DNA from: Camelus dromedarius
Lineage: Eukaryota
Reading direction: 5' to 3'
Assembly (NCBI RefSeq): GCF_036321535.1
Contig: NC_087436.1
Coordinates: 60,886,001-60,950,000 of the forward strand
Length of the DNA: 64,000 bases
A model generated the notes under the pieces. It worked only from the letters and a program-made list of their open reading frames with translations. It was not told the origin of the DNA and did not search any database. Numbering within the stretch: position 1 is the first letter of the stretch; every line of letters starts with the position of its first letter. Below are positions 48,528 through 60,459 of this stretch, one piece after another. The position numbers and the translations under genes are program-made.

Positions 48528-49380
48528 GAGAAACGCGAACGCGGGCAAAGGGGCGGGGCCACCTGTTCGCATGCGCACTGAGGCCCCAGAGTCGCGTTAA
48601 TCACTGGAGGAAAGCCCGGGACTACCTGAGAGCAGTCATTTGTCAGTGGGCGCACTTCCGCTCCTCCTCCTAAATCTAATGTCGTGAGTTCTCGCGATGA
48701 GAGTTCTTTGGCCTGGAAACACTTAACGCGGAGGTAAAAGTACCAGGGACTTAGACTGAGCTAGGTTGGCCGAAAAGGGCTAGGTTGGCCGAAAAGGTTA
48801 ATTAACTGAGTGAGGGTTTGTTTAGTTTCAGACTTCTTCAACGCTCTACCGTCGGCACTACCTGCCGTTCAGAAATCACACTTTTGAACCTTTAAAAAAA
48901 TTGAGGTATAGTTGATGTATACAGAAATCGGTTTTTAAAGTTTCGTGTTTTTAAGTCTTTGAACTAAAAAAAAAAAGCATCGAATGTTGCACACTCACAG
49001 CTCAATCTAAAACCTATTAGTATAGATTCTTTATATTTTTTTCCAGGTGCCATTATATGTGCAACAACATTGAAAACAAAAACTGTCATTGGCTGGATCC
49101 AACCCTGAGACAGTAGGAGTGGTCCTCGCCGTAAGCTACAGAAGCGGGGGACTGCAAATTCTGCATGTGCATACTAACACTTCGGGAACCTTTGCTTAAA
49201 CTTCGCACAGGCGCAGACTTTACAATGACGTATTTGTGGGCGGAGTTTTGCGTGGGACGCAGAGTATTCTGGGAACACCAGAGACGGAAATCACTTCGCT
49301 TCACGCTGCGGATGTCGGCGGTTGCTGCGCACTGTTCTCTGTGATTTCTAGAGTTTGGAGCTCGGGAAACGTTTGCCAAC
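48528..49380. promoter_or_regulatory. Bidirectional NOA1/POLR2B promoter
   Basis: 853 nt between divergent ATGs, CpG-rich at both ends; GC box 48550-48560, NRF1-like CGCATGCGCA 48568-48577, ETS CACTTCCG 48653-48660, TCTCGCGA 48690-48697. Confidence 0.88.
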
Positions 49381-49399
49381 ATGTATGACGCGGACGAGG
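49381..49399 (+). CDS. POLR2B: POLR2B (RPB2) exon 1 coding part
   Basis: GCCAACATG Kozak context, MYDADE(D), donor G|GTAGGT. Confidence 0.93.
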
Positions 49400-50303
49400 G
49401 TAGGTGAACACTCCGCGGCGACCCACGTAAGGAGGGAAACGTGGAGAGCTGGACGAATTGAGGATTTGGGGCCTCCTTTCCGGCCCGCCGCGCAGCGTTT
49501 ACAGACGTTTCCCTTACATTCCCTAGGCCCGGAGCGAGTCCATTACTGCAAGAGGTGGTGGGTGCAGGAAACGTAGTAATCTCAGTCAGGGAGAGTTTTT
49601 GTCTCTTGCCTGCTCCTGAATAAACCTGACACTCCCTTCCTATATTGAAATAGCGTGCAGAACCGTACGGCAAATAACCGTTGTTTTGATTTTTGTCTGA
49701 AGCAAAGGGCTCCTCGATTTCCCGTGAGGCCAGACCTAGTGGATTTATTGAATAGTTGAATTTTTGAGCGTAACCCTGTGCCAGGCATTGTGCTAGGCTC
49801 TGGAAATACGCCGGGGATAAAAAGTATAGTGCTTATGTGTTGGATGTAGGGGAAGGGATGGGTCTGGTTTGGCATTTCTTCACGCTGTCCTGTGCCAAAT
49901 AAATTATCTTAAAAGATACCTTCCTTCCTTTCACAAGATGACAGAATTCTAGGTGGTATGTACTTTATTGAACAGGGCCAATATACCCTTTTTTTCCCTT
50001 TAACTTGCAGAATTTTTAGTCATGTGTAGTGTATTTTCATTATGTATTTTTATTGCTCTCCCTTCCGCTTTCCACAGCTACTATTTCAAACTTCATTTTC
50101 TTCTAGCTCCTAATCTCGTGTCCACCCCTCACATTTCTATTTATTCCCTCAGCTACTTCATGGAGAAAATAAAAGTAAAAAAAAAAAAAAAGTGAATAGT
50201 ACACTCCCAAGAATTGGGGGTGGGCCAATCCCAGTGAGGAAAAATGATGCCTTTCCTTTGTTTCTCCTGTCTTTATATCCTGGTTTCGTGATTGATTGAT
50301 TAA

Positions 50304-50398
50304 TTGATTGACAACTCAGGTTCTCTGTGCTCTGGTTGATTGACAGCTCAGGTTCCTTGTGTTCTGGTTAATTGACAGCTCAGATTCCTTGTGTTCTG
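50304..50398. repeat. Minisatellite, 3 x 32 bp
   Basis: TTGACA at 50308, 50340 and 50372; unit ~TTGATTGACAGCTCAGGTTCCTTGTGTTCTGG. Confidence 0.9.
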
Positions 50399-50614
50399 AG
50401 TTGTTCCTTTCCCCTTCCTCTCCCCTTGCCCAATGCTCATTTCTATCTAAACTACCTAACAGAAGCAGAAACTAAACTGTTAAACTACACTGTTTAAACA
50501 TCTCGTCTTATTTTTATCTTTCATCTAGAAATTTGTTAGCATCATTGTATTCTTTTTTTCTTGAGTCCTGTCTCAGAAAAAAATTTTTAGAAAGTTTTTT
50601 TAGCTTAATTTTTT

Positions 50615-50867
50615 ATTAAATTAAAATAAATTTTTTATTAAATTAGTTTTTATTACTTATTTTTATGGAGGGGTTAATTAGATTTGTTTGTTTGTTTACA
50701 TGGAGGTACTGGGGATTGAACCCAGGACCTCATGGATGTTAAGCACATGCTCTACCACTGAGCTATACCTTCTCCATTTTATTTTTGAATGGAGGTACTG
50801 GGGATTGAATCCAGGGCCTTGTGCATGCTAAGCATGTGCTCTGCCACTGAGCTATTTCCCTCTCCCG
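50615..50867 (-). mobile_element. Dimeric tRNA(Ala)-derived SINE (Vic-1-like)
   Basis: Two tandem tRNA-like monomers (~50700-50775, ~50790-50866) and one A-rich tail, inside a 16-bp TSD TTTAGCTTAATTTTTT (50599-50614, 50868-50883). Confidence 0.88.
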
Positions 50868-51199
50868 TTTAGCTTAATTTTTTGAGTAGGTAATATATTC
50901 TCACTATTCATAAGCTAGGAAATATAAAAATGTTTAAAAAGTGTAAGGTCTTATTCTTGTCCACTGTCTGTCCCATGAAAACCTTCGGCTCAGGAGATAA
51001 CCAGTGTGCTTAGATTGTGGTCTCTCTAGATGATTTATGCATATTCAAACAAATATAAAAGGGATCCTTTCTCCCCCCCAACCCCTTTTACAGATAAAAA
51101 GTAGCATCCACACTTTTCTGCACCTTTTTTTTTTTTTTTTTGGTATATGTCGAAAAGATTTTCGTACTAGTACATAGAGAGCATCCTCATCTTTTTCTT

Positions 51200-51845
51200 A
51201 CAAAATGTCGAATCTGTTCACTCTTCCTTCCCCTCTGCCACAAATCTAGTTCAGGCCACCACCATCTCTTGCCTAGATTACTTTCCCAGACTCTTAACTG
51301 GTTTCTATGCTTTCAGTTTCCTTGCCTCTCCAATCCAGTGTCTAACAGTAATGATCTTTCAGAAATGAAAATTTCTAGACACACTCTTTACAAAATCTTG
51401 GAATGGTTTCTCACAGCTCTTTGGGTAAAGACCAAACACTTTTACCAGTCCAACATCACACTCTGTGCTTTGGCTACACTGGCCTTTTATTCCTTAAATA
51501 TCTTTTGTTGTGGAACGATTTGCACAAGTGTTTTCTGTTTGCAGTACTTTCTCTACCCTTTGCACCATCGCCCTCTCCTTTTGCCTGGTATACTCCTATT
51601 AATTCATGCATGAGGTGTCTGTTCAACTCAGCTTTTGGGAAGTCTTCCCAGCCTCCTTAGGTCCTGGTTAGGACTGTCCATATCACTTCAGTTTAATTGA
51701 CTTTATGTTGTCTGTGTCTCCCCAGTAGGTGATAGTCTTCTTGAACATATAGCCATCTTTTATCTTGTTTAAGGTGGTGTCTCCAATGCCTGGGACATAG
51801 TAAACAGTCACAATGAATATTTGATAAGTGGATGAATGAATAAAT
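51200..51845 (+). mobile_element. L2 LINE 3' fragment
   Basis: CAGGCCACCACCATCTCTTGCCTAGATTAC...TGCCTGGGACATAGTA...GATGAATGAATAAAT, typical L2 3' end. Confidence 0.7.
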
Positions 51846-52299
51846 TAGTCTCTTTTATGGATTCATCTTCCTTCACATGACTCTAACAGTGGTATTTCCA
51901 AATATCCTGCCTTCAGTCTTCTTTCTCTTTGTAAACTCTACTGTATTCTACCAACCACCTCTTAATGGTTCTGAACGCCTTATAATTTAGACTCCTTATT
52001 TGTGCTTAGTATTTATCTCCAGTTACCTACTGAAAGTATTTAAAGGGATAAATGACCTACAGCTATAACTAAAGCTGACTTCATACCTCTCCTTTCCCAA
52101 CCTTACTAGCTTCTTCTGCGTGGCTGTGGTAATAACATGTAGTCTGCCATGAAAGGTAGAAATCTGTAAGCCATTTTAGATACTTTTGTCTTTCTTACCT
52201 CCTCTCCCCCATGTGTAGGAATCAGTAATCCCAGACCATTCAAGAAGACTTTATTATATAATTTATTTTGGATATGTATCAAATTTTGAACCGAAGATT

Positions 52300-52478
52300 T
52301 TGTTTTTAATTGAGGTTTAGTCAGTTTACAATGTTGTGTCAATTTCTCGTGTACAGCACAATGCCCCAATCATACGTGAATATACATATATTCATTTTCA
52401 TTTTCTTTTTCACTGTAAGCTACTACAAGGTATTGAATATAGTTCCCTGTGCCATACAGTATAAACTTGTTTATCTAT
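52300..52478 (-). mobile_element. L1 3'-end fragment
   Basis: Homologous to the fragments at 10680-10840 and 16810-16970. Confidence 0.75.
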
Positions 52479-52607
52479 TTAAAGGTCTTAAGTTTTACAT
52501 ACTATATACATAGGTCAGAATAGAAAAAAAAATGTAGCACACTTAATCTTTTACATAAGAAGATGAGACTAATATTAGACTAGTACACACCAATTTTTCA
52601 AGTGCCC

Positions 52608-53212
52608 TGTTGGATAAATTACTATTGCTGCATAACTGCCCCCAAAATTGGCTGCTTAAAAATTGTTTAATATGTTCATTGTATTAAATGGGTCAGGAAT
52701 TTGGACAGAGCATAGTAGGAATAGTTTGTTTGCTGCCTGATGTCAGTGGTTGAACTGGGAAGACTCAAAGGCTGGGTATTGACAGCTGGGACTGGGTGAT
52801 CTGGAGTGTTTACTCAGATTTCTGGCATTGTACTAGAAGGACTCAAGGACCAGGATTGCTGACTGGAGCATCTATAAGTGGTTTCTCCCTATGATTTGGG
52901 CTTCTTCACCCAAAGTATACCATCCTTAGAGTAGTAGGACTTTTTAATGGCAGCTCAGGGCTCCAGAAGTAAGAGTTTCAGCAAACAAGGTGGAATTGCA
53001 TTGCTTTTCCTTACCTAGCTTCTAAAATCATGTAGCATTGCTTCAGCTGTATTCTGTGAGGTATTAGTTACAGGAGAGTCAAAAACCCACCAGATTCAAG
53101 GGGAGGAAACAGACCCTATATATTGATGGTAGGAGTGTCAAGATCACTTTATAAAAGAGCATGTGAAATGGAAGCTATGGTTGTGGCCATCTTTGGAAAA
53201 GACAGCCTGTCA
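52608..53212. mobile_element. MaLR (MLT1-like) LTR
   Basis: TATTGCTGCATAAC...CCCCAAAATT...GGGTCAGGAATTTGGACAG...GTGGCCATCTTTGGAAA resembles MLT1 LTRs. Confidence 0.6.
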
Positions 53213-53357
53213 TCCTTGTGCATGTATGAAATGTTGCTGGAATAGACACCCCTCTTAAGGTATTGCTCAGCTATTGGAATCCTTTGCTGACTCCTCCTTA
53301 TTACTATAATCTCTGACTCCAATCTCTGAGGAGCCTATGGATCAGAGAATTGCGAGC

Positions 53358-54170
53358 TTGTTTCTGATGAACATAGATGCAAAAATCCTCGACAAAATAT
53401 TAGCAAACAGAATCCAACAGCACATAAAAGAGATTATATATCATAATCAAGTTGGGTTCATCTCAGGGACACAAGGATGGTTCAACATATGCAAATCAGT
53501 CAGTGTAATACATCACATCGACAAGAGAAAGGACAAAAACTGCATGATCATCTCAATAAATGCAGAAGCATTTGATAAAATTCAACACCCATTTATGATT
53601 AAAAAAAAAAAAACTCTCACCAAAGTGAGTATAGAGGGAACATATCTCAACATAATAAAAGCTATATAACAAACCCACAGCCAGCATAGTACTCAACGGT
53701 GAAAAACTGAAAACCTTCCCACTAAAATCTGGGATAAGACAAGGTTGTCCACTCTCACCACTCCTATTCAACATAGTCTTGGAAGTCCTAGCCACAGCAG
53801 TCAGGCAAGAGAAAGAAATAAAAGGGATCCAAATTGGAAAAGAAGAGGTAAAATTGTCACTATATGCAGATGACATGAAGCTATGTATAGAAAACCCTAA
53901 AAGTTCCACACAAAAACTACTAGAACTAATAAAAGAATTCAGCAAAGTAGCAGGTTATAAGATTAACGTACAAAAATCAGTTGCATTTCTTTACACTAAC
54001 GATGAATCAACAGGAAAAGAAAGTAAAGAAACAATCCCTTTTAAAATAGCACCCAAAGTAATAAAATACTTAGAAATAAATCTAACCAAAGAGATGAAAG
54101 ACATACATGGAGAACTATAAAACATTAATTAAGGAAATTAAAGAAGACTTGAAAAAATGAAAAGATATCC
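53358..54170 (+). mobile_element. L1 ORF2 reverse-transcriptase fragment (frameshifted)
   Basis: [45 protein letters not shown] motifs. Confidence 0.93.
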
Positions 54171-54474
54171 TAGTTATCATTATAGTTAACTATTAATGAG
54201 AATTACGTGGACTTTCTGGAGAAGATGGAACAGTTACAAATTCAAATGACTTGCACTGAACCTTTTTCATGAGGCCTCTTTTATGTATTGGGAGAATACC
54301 TATGTGACATAGATCTTCATATATGCAGATATATACCTACGTATACTATTTTATTACAATTTAAGTAGTATAACAACTGAAATTTAACAAAAGTGGAGGT
54401 AAAGGGATTGTTTTTTATTTAATAGAGAAGTGTATTTCTGCTACTTCATATCATAGGAGCAAGATGTGAACTAG

Positions 54475-54585
<111 letters not shown>

Positions 54586-57052
54586 TAACTTTTTAGACCA
54601 AGCTGAATAAGCTTTAAAAGCTGCTGTAAACTAAACAGGGATTTCCTACTTACTCTGTTCTTGGAAATCAGATGTTCTATGTGAATATGCTGTTGGAGAG
54701 CTGGTTTGTCATTTTACTTATTTAAATATTTAACTTTAACTTAAAATATTTTGAATTTATAGAAAAGTTACACAAAGAATTCATGTACACTTCACCCAGA
54801 TTCCCTAAATGTTAACCTTAAGCTCTATTTTCTTTGCCTTTTTCTTTATCTACATATTTGTTTCTAAAACATTTGAGAGACAGTTGCTTAGCTTAAGAGT
54901 ACTCTTATATAATCATAAGTCACCAAAATGAGGATATTGATTAATGCAGTACTCTTGTTTAATCTAGAACGTTACCTGGATTTGGCTGATTTCCCACTAA
55001 TGTTTATAACAAAATAAAACTTTTCTGATCCTAGATCCAACATAAAATCACATTGCATTTAGTTTTCATGACTTTTTCTTTTGTTTCCTATAATCTAGAA
55101 CAGTTCCTCAGTCTTCCTCTTTTTTTTTTTTTTTCCTTTTTTGAAGGTTACAGTCCAGTTACTTTTTAGAGTGCTCCTCAATTTGGGTTTGTCTGATGTT
55201 TCCTCATAATTAGATTCAGATGATTGCCTCTGGTAGTAGTGATGTTCTGCTCTCACTGCATTATATCAGGAAGCACATGATGCCTGTTTGTTGCACTGCT
55301 GATGCTGTTAATTTGATTCCTTGGTGTTCTCATTGTTTTAAATGGATAAAGTTACAATAGGTTGTATTTCAGCCCACATTCCCGTCCAATTCTGAGTGTA
55401 ATTAAACTAATAAAGTTCAGTAAGAAGCCTTACATATAGGTAAATAATAAAGTAACATCTTGTTATGTTAGAATATAAAATGCTACAACTCTCCTCTCTT
55501 ACCAAACTGGCAGTTACTTTGTATATAGCAACATGATAATGCCTCTCTAAGGGCCACCATCTCCAAGATGCACATCCTCTTAGTTGACACTCTCTTCCTT
55601 TTCAAAGAACCACACGCCTCTGACTTTCTACCATTTGTATTTTGGAGTAAAACTGAACCTTTGCCAAACATTGTTTTGTTAAAAATATATTGAGTTTTTG
55701 GGATGTAAGTACTTACTTATTTTTCTGTTAAAGATGTGCTATAAACACTTTGCATTGAGACATTAGTATCTTCCAGATGTTTGAGTATTAAACACCAAGA
55801 GATATTTTATTAGGAAACAATAACCAGGTAGATGTTTGGGGTATGCCTATATTCTATGATCTCCAGGGAGAAAGAATATTTTGATGTTAGCCAAAAAGGA
55901 ATAGTTTTCAGCATGTGGCAAATTGCTCAAAGATAAGATACTCTTTTTGAACAGACATTGCATTTAATATTTGTTACAGAATAAAATACTATTTGATTTT
56001 TACATTTGAATTGATTGTAGGTGCTTTGGCTGTTGTGAGATGACATTTTGTTTTTTCACTATTTAACATCAAATGCTTTCCCAAACAATGTGAATGTGAT
56101 ATCACTTAATATCACCAGTGACTTCAGTAAGATGACTTTTTGTACGAGTCATGATCCCATAAATAGGAAATATTCATATAGTTGAGGCGTTTAAAGGATA
56201 GCATTCTAATGAAGTGCCACTTTTCTAATGATTTGGGGGAAAGTAGCTGTGGTTCAGTTTCCTGGGAGAATGAAACTTGTCCATGGTTTTGTAATGATTT
56301 TTCATTGTAAATTGTCCATAGAAATCATTGCTGTTTATCTTACAGGCAGTGCCTTCCATGTACTTCTTACATATCACTGGCTGACCTAAGTGGCTGTGAG
56401 AAATTTCTTTCCTGTTAGTTCACAGTCTCTGCTGAAGGAAATTGCCCCCACCATTCTCGAGGCTGTACCTTTCCCAGGGATCATCGTGTACTGTGTTCTC
56501 CACCATAAGACCTAACCTCCAGTATTGGCAACCATGGTTAATTGAATCCGGGTGGGGCCTTGACCCAAAGTCAGTCACTCTGTAGGCTGGCCAGTGACCT
56601 GTGAGGTGATTTGATAATGCCAAATTGGGAGGCTGATGATTAGCCGGGCTGTGCATGTTATCTCAGAAAATTGATGTGGGGATGAGGGAGTCATTATTTA
56701 CTAGGGGTAAGGGGCTAGAAGCTAAGTCCAGCCATACAGCTGTTCCTGGGTGGTGGTGAGAGGAGAGATTCCTCTTGCAAACAGCATGCCTACTCTTTTC
56801 TGGTCTCTGTCCTTCTTTAGGGCTTCACCATTTGATTTCTCTGCCTACGCTACCAGCTCTGATCTCTAATCCATGTCCACTTTTAATGATCAATTATTTG
56901 CTGAGTATTTTCATTTGAATGACTTAATCTCATGTTACCATTAACATATTCAAAATAGAATAATCTTTACCTAAAATTGAAATTCTTATATATGCTATAT
57001 TTTGGTCATTTGGTAACATCCTCTCATTCAAATTAAAGTTATTTTTATCTTT

Positions 57053-57434
57053 TTTCATCCTTTTTAAAAATTATATAAGTTTCAGGTGTACAGCATTATA
57101 GTTCAACATCTGTATACACTACCGAGATCCCCACCACAGTCTAGTGATAGTGATTATCACTAATGCTGATAATCAACATTATCATCATCCATCAACATAC
57201 AGTTGACCCCCCTTCACCCATTTCACTCACCCACCAGCCCCCTCCTCTCTGATAACCACTAATGTGTTCTCTGTGTCTGTGAGTTTTTGTTTTCTTTTGT
57301 TGGTTTGTTGGTTTTGTTTTACTTGTTTTTGTTTTTAGATTCCATGTATAAGTGAAATTATATGGTATTTGTTTTCTCTATCTGACTTATTTCTATTAGC
57401 ATAATATGCTCATGGCCCATCCATGTTGTTGCAC
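57053..57434 (-). mobile_element. L1 3'UTR fragment with TSD
   Basis: 14-bp TSD TTATTTTTATCTTT (57039-57052, 57435-57448); TTAGATTCCATGTATAAGTGA...CATCCATGTTGTTGCA. Confidence 0.8.
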
Positions 57435-57784
57435 TTATTTTTATCTTTGACAATGCATTTTCTTTTGTTTCCCTCCTGACACCTTTTTCAAGAAGTGTTT
57501 CAAAGAGGTTATATGCAATTTATCGGTAAAGGACATTTGTAAATTAGGGCTTCCTTATAATTCTTATGTCGTGCTTTAAATCATTTTACCTGTAAGTATA
57601 AGTCTCATTTCCTCAAACTTAACAGTAAATTCTACAGAGGAAGTGTTACTTGTTTCACCCCTTTTTTGGATACCTTACATATTTTTATGTACTGATGAGT
57701 ATAGAGTATTTGGTATTTAATAATTAGTATTTGTTGGCTTTTATGATAATGAAAATGGGGAAATATGCTAGAGAACATCACTGA

Positions 57785-57985
<201 letters not shown>

Positions 57986-59289
57986 TGATAAAGTAACATA
58001 AATAGAAGAAGAATTGATTTGAAATTTCAGTCCTTCTCTCACCTGGCCTAAAGGTTATAAAAAAAAAGTACATGTTTTTTGTAGTGTGCTGATAATATCT
58101 TCAAGCAGCTCCTGATTTATTCTTATTAAGGGAGAGATGTATTTTTGCAAGTAATGTAAAACTCTAATCCTAATTCAGATAGTAGGTAATTAATAGCCAG
58201 GGAGAGGAAACTCAGAGATACCGTGAACTACTAAGACAGGCAAGCCAGAAATGGTCATATTGCTTCAGAAAACTCCACTTTTTTCTTTCAGTGTAAGAAA
58301 TCATAAAAGTAAAAGTACGTGAAGGATTTTTTCACTTGATTATTTGTTGCACTACATTATTATATCAATATAAGAGATAATAAGGGAGAATAATAAACCA
58401 AACATATCAGCAGTTTTAATTTTTGTAAGTTCATTGTAGTCTTTGTTTTCACATATGCATGTTTTTAGTGTTGTTAAAATTACGGTAAGTGTATAATTTT
58501 AGAATCTAGTTTTATATGAGTGATTGTAAAAAAGTATGTAGTCCAAAATAAAGGCTGACCCTAGTTTTTGAGAGGTAGAGAGACAGTATGCCTCAGTATG
58601 ATGGGCCTTGAGAGACAGGAAAAACTGACAAAGTAGGGCAGGGAGAGCCCCACAAGTAGAGTTAGACAGAGGGAGAGGTTGTTATTTCTAGCCAGTTCAG
58701 TCCCTCTTTTGTGTAGCTGAGCTTATAAGAGCTGTTGTATTATTCTCATTCTGGTTGGAGGTGCTGCACAGACTTTTGCTGTTAAGAACAAAAATAATTG
58801 GATCTTTTGGCACTGTTTTGGAAAAATGGGCATGAAATTCCTTTTTTATACTTATGGCATCTTCACTTCACGATCTTTGCAAAACAAGGGAGATGATATA
58901 ACAGTCATATTCAGAGTACTAGAATAAGTACTATTGGAGGGAAAGATTTCTCAAGCTGGGATTTTAGAGCTTAGTGGAAGAGATGGGAGGGACTTAAGCT
59001 GACTGTGAAGGGCGTTTGTTTTACTAGAGAAAAAATAATCATTTCAGCAAAAAATACTTGGTGTGTTTGGCTTGGGGATGGAATGGGAACCACGGTAGCC
59101 AATGTATTGTTTTTTGGTTTGATCTGTTCTTAATGAGTGTTAGTGGAAGATAAGGTGGAAGCAGATTGTCATATGCTTTGGATTTTTGGATATCATGAGG
59201 AATTGTGGAAAGATTGTCAAAGAAGTACATAAAATATTTTATTTTATTTTATCTTATCTTATTTTATTTTATACTTACTTACTTACTTA

Positions 59290-59815
59290 TTTATTTATAC
59301 TAACAGACTTTATTTCTTTAGAGCAGCTTCAGGTTCACAGCAGAATTGAGCAGAAAATACAGAGAGTTGCACAGAGCCCTCCCCACCTGAACAGATATAC
59401 TCCCCTACCCTCAACATCCTTTATCAGTGTGACATATTTGGTACAGTCAACGTGGACACATTATTATCAACCAAAGTCCATAGTTTACATTAGGATTCAC
59501 TCTTGATGCTGTACATTCTACTGTCTTTGACAAATGCATAATGATATGTAGCCACCACTATAGTATCATACAGAATAATTTCATTGCCCTAAAAATCCCT
59601 TGTGCTCCATCTGTTCATTCCTCCCTCCCTCCCTTCCTCTCCCCAAACCCCTGGAAACCATGATTCTCTTTATTGTTTCTGTAGTTCTGCCTTTTCCAGA
59701 GTGTCATTTGGTTGGAATCATAGTTTGTAGCCTTTTCAGACTGGCTTCTTTCATTTAGTAATATGTCTTTTAAGTTTCTTCCATGTCTTTCAATGTCTTG
59801 ATAGCCCATTTCTTT
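59290..59815 (-). mobile_element. Old L1 (L1M-type) 3'UTR
   Basis: GAGCAGCTTCAGGTTCACAGCAGAATTGAGC...CCTTTTCCAGAGTGTCAT...GTAGCCTTTTCAGACTGGCTTCTTTCA. Confidence 0.7.
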
Positions 59816-59924
59816 TTTTTGTTAACAGCACATGTATTTTTAAATTTATGTATATGTACTGTTCATTGTTTCTAAGAACGTTTATGGCTTTAGCTTTTTA
59901 AACTGACATAGTTATCAAAGGAAT

Positions 59925-60455
59925 AAAGTCAACCACAAAGTAAGAATTAATTCAAAAAGATACATACACCCTGCTGTTAACAGCAACATTATTTATAATT
60001 GCCAAGATATGGAAGCATCCTAATTGCACATCAGTAGTTGAGTAGATAATGAAGATGCAGCATATATATGTAATGGAATACAATTCATCCATAAGAAAGG
60101 ATATTTTGTCTTTTACAGCCCTTCATTTCCTTTTTTTTTTTAACTTCAAAAACCAGAATTTTATAACCAGCATAAACGTTTCTATTACATCAAAAACATC
60201 AAAATACTTAGAAATAAACTTAGCCAAGGAGGTTAACCTGTACTCTGAAAACTGAAATGACACAAAGAAATGGAAAGATTTCTTGTGCTTTTGGGTTGGA
60301 ATAATCAACAGTATCAAAATGGCCACACTACCCAAAGCAATCCACAGATCCAATGCAACCCCCATCAAAATACTCAGGACAGTCCTCACAGAACCAGAAC
60401 AAACAATTCCAGAATTTATTAGGAACTACAAAAGACTCCGAACAGCCAAAACAGT
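59925..60455 (+). mobile_element. L1 ORF2 fragments (plus strand, out of order)
   Basis: C-terminal piece (AAAGATACATACACCC...TTTATAATTGCCAAGATATGGAAGCA) precedes a mid-ORF2 piece (KYLEINLAKEV; KMATLPKAIHRSNATPIKI). Confidence 0.75.
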
Positions 60456-60459
60456 CTTT

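Noticed and set aside
48528..48578. In-frame N-terminal extension of NOA1 (ATG at 48572)
   Set aside because: The ATG lies inside the NRF1-like promoter motif and probably upstream of the TSS; MLPAR at 48527 begins the expected presequence.
50304..50398. CRISPR-like array
   Set aside because: Units are contiguous with no unique spacers, the context is eukaryotic, and there are no cas genes.
50700..50866. tRNA-Ala genes (also 18560-18640)
   Set aside because: Degenerate stems, A-rich tails and TSDs identify them as SINEs.
51140..51613. 157-aa ORF in POLR2B intron 1
   Set aside because: Starts in a poly-T run and overlaps a degenerate L2; chance ORF.
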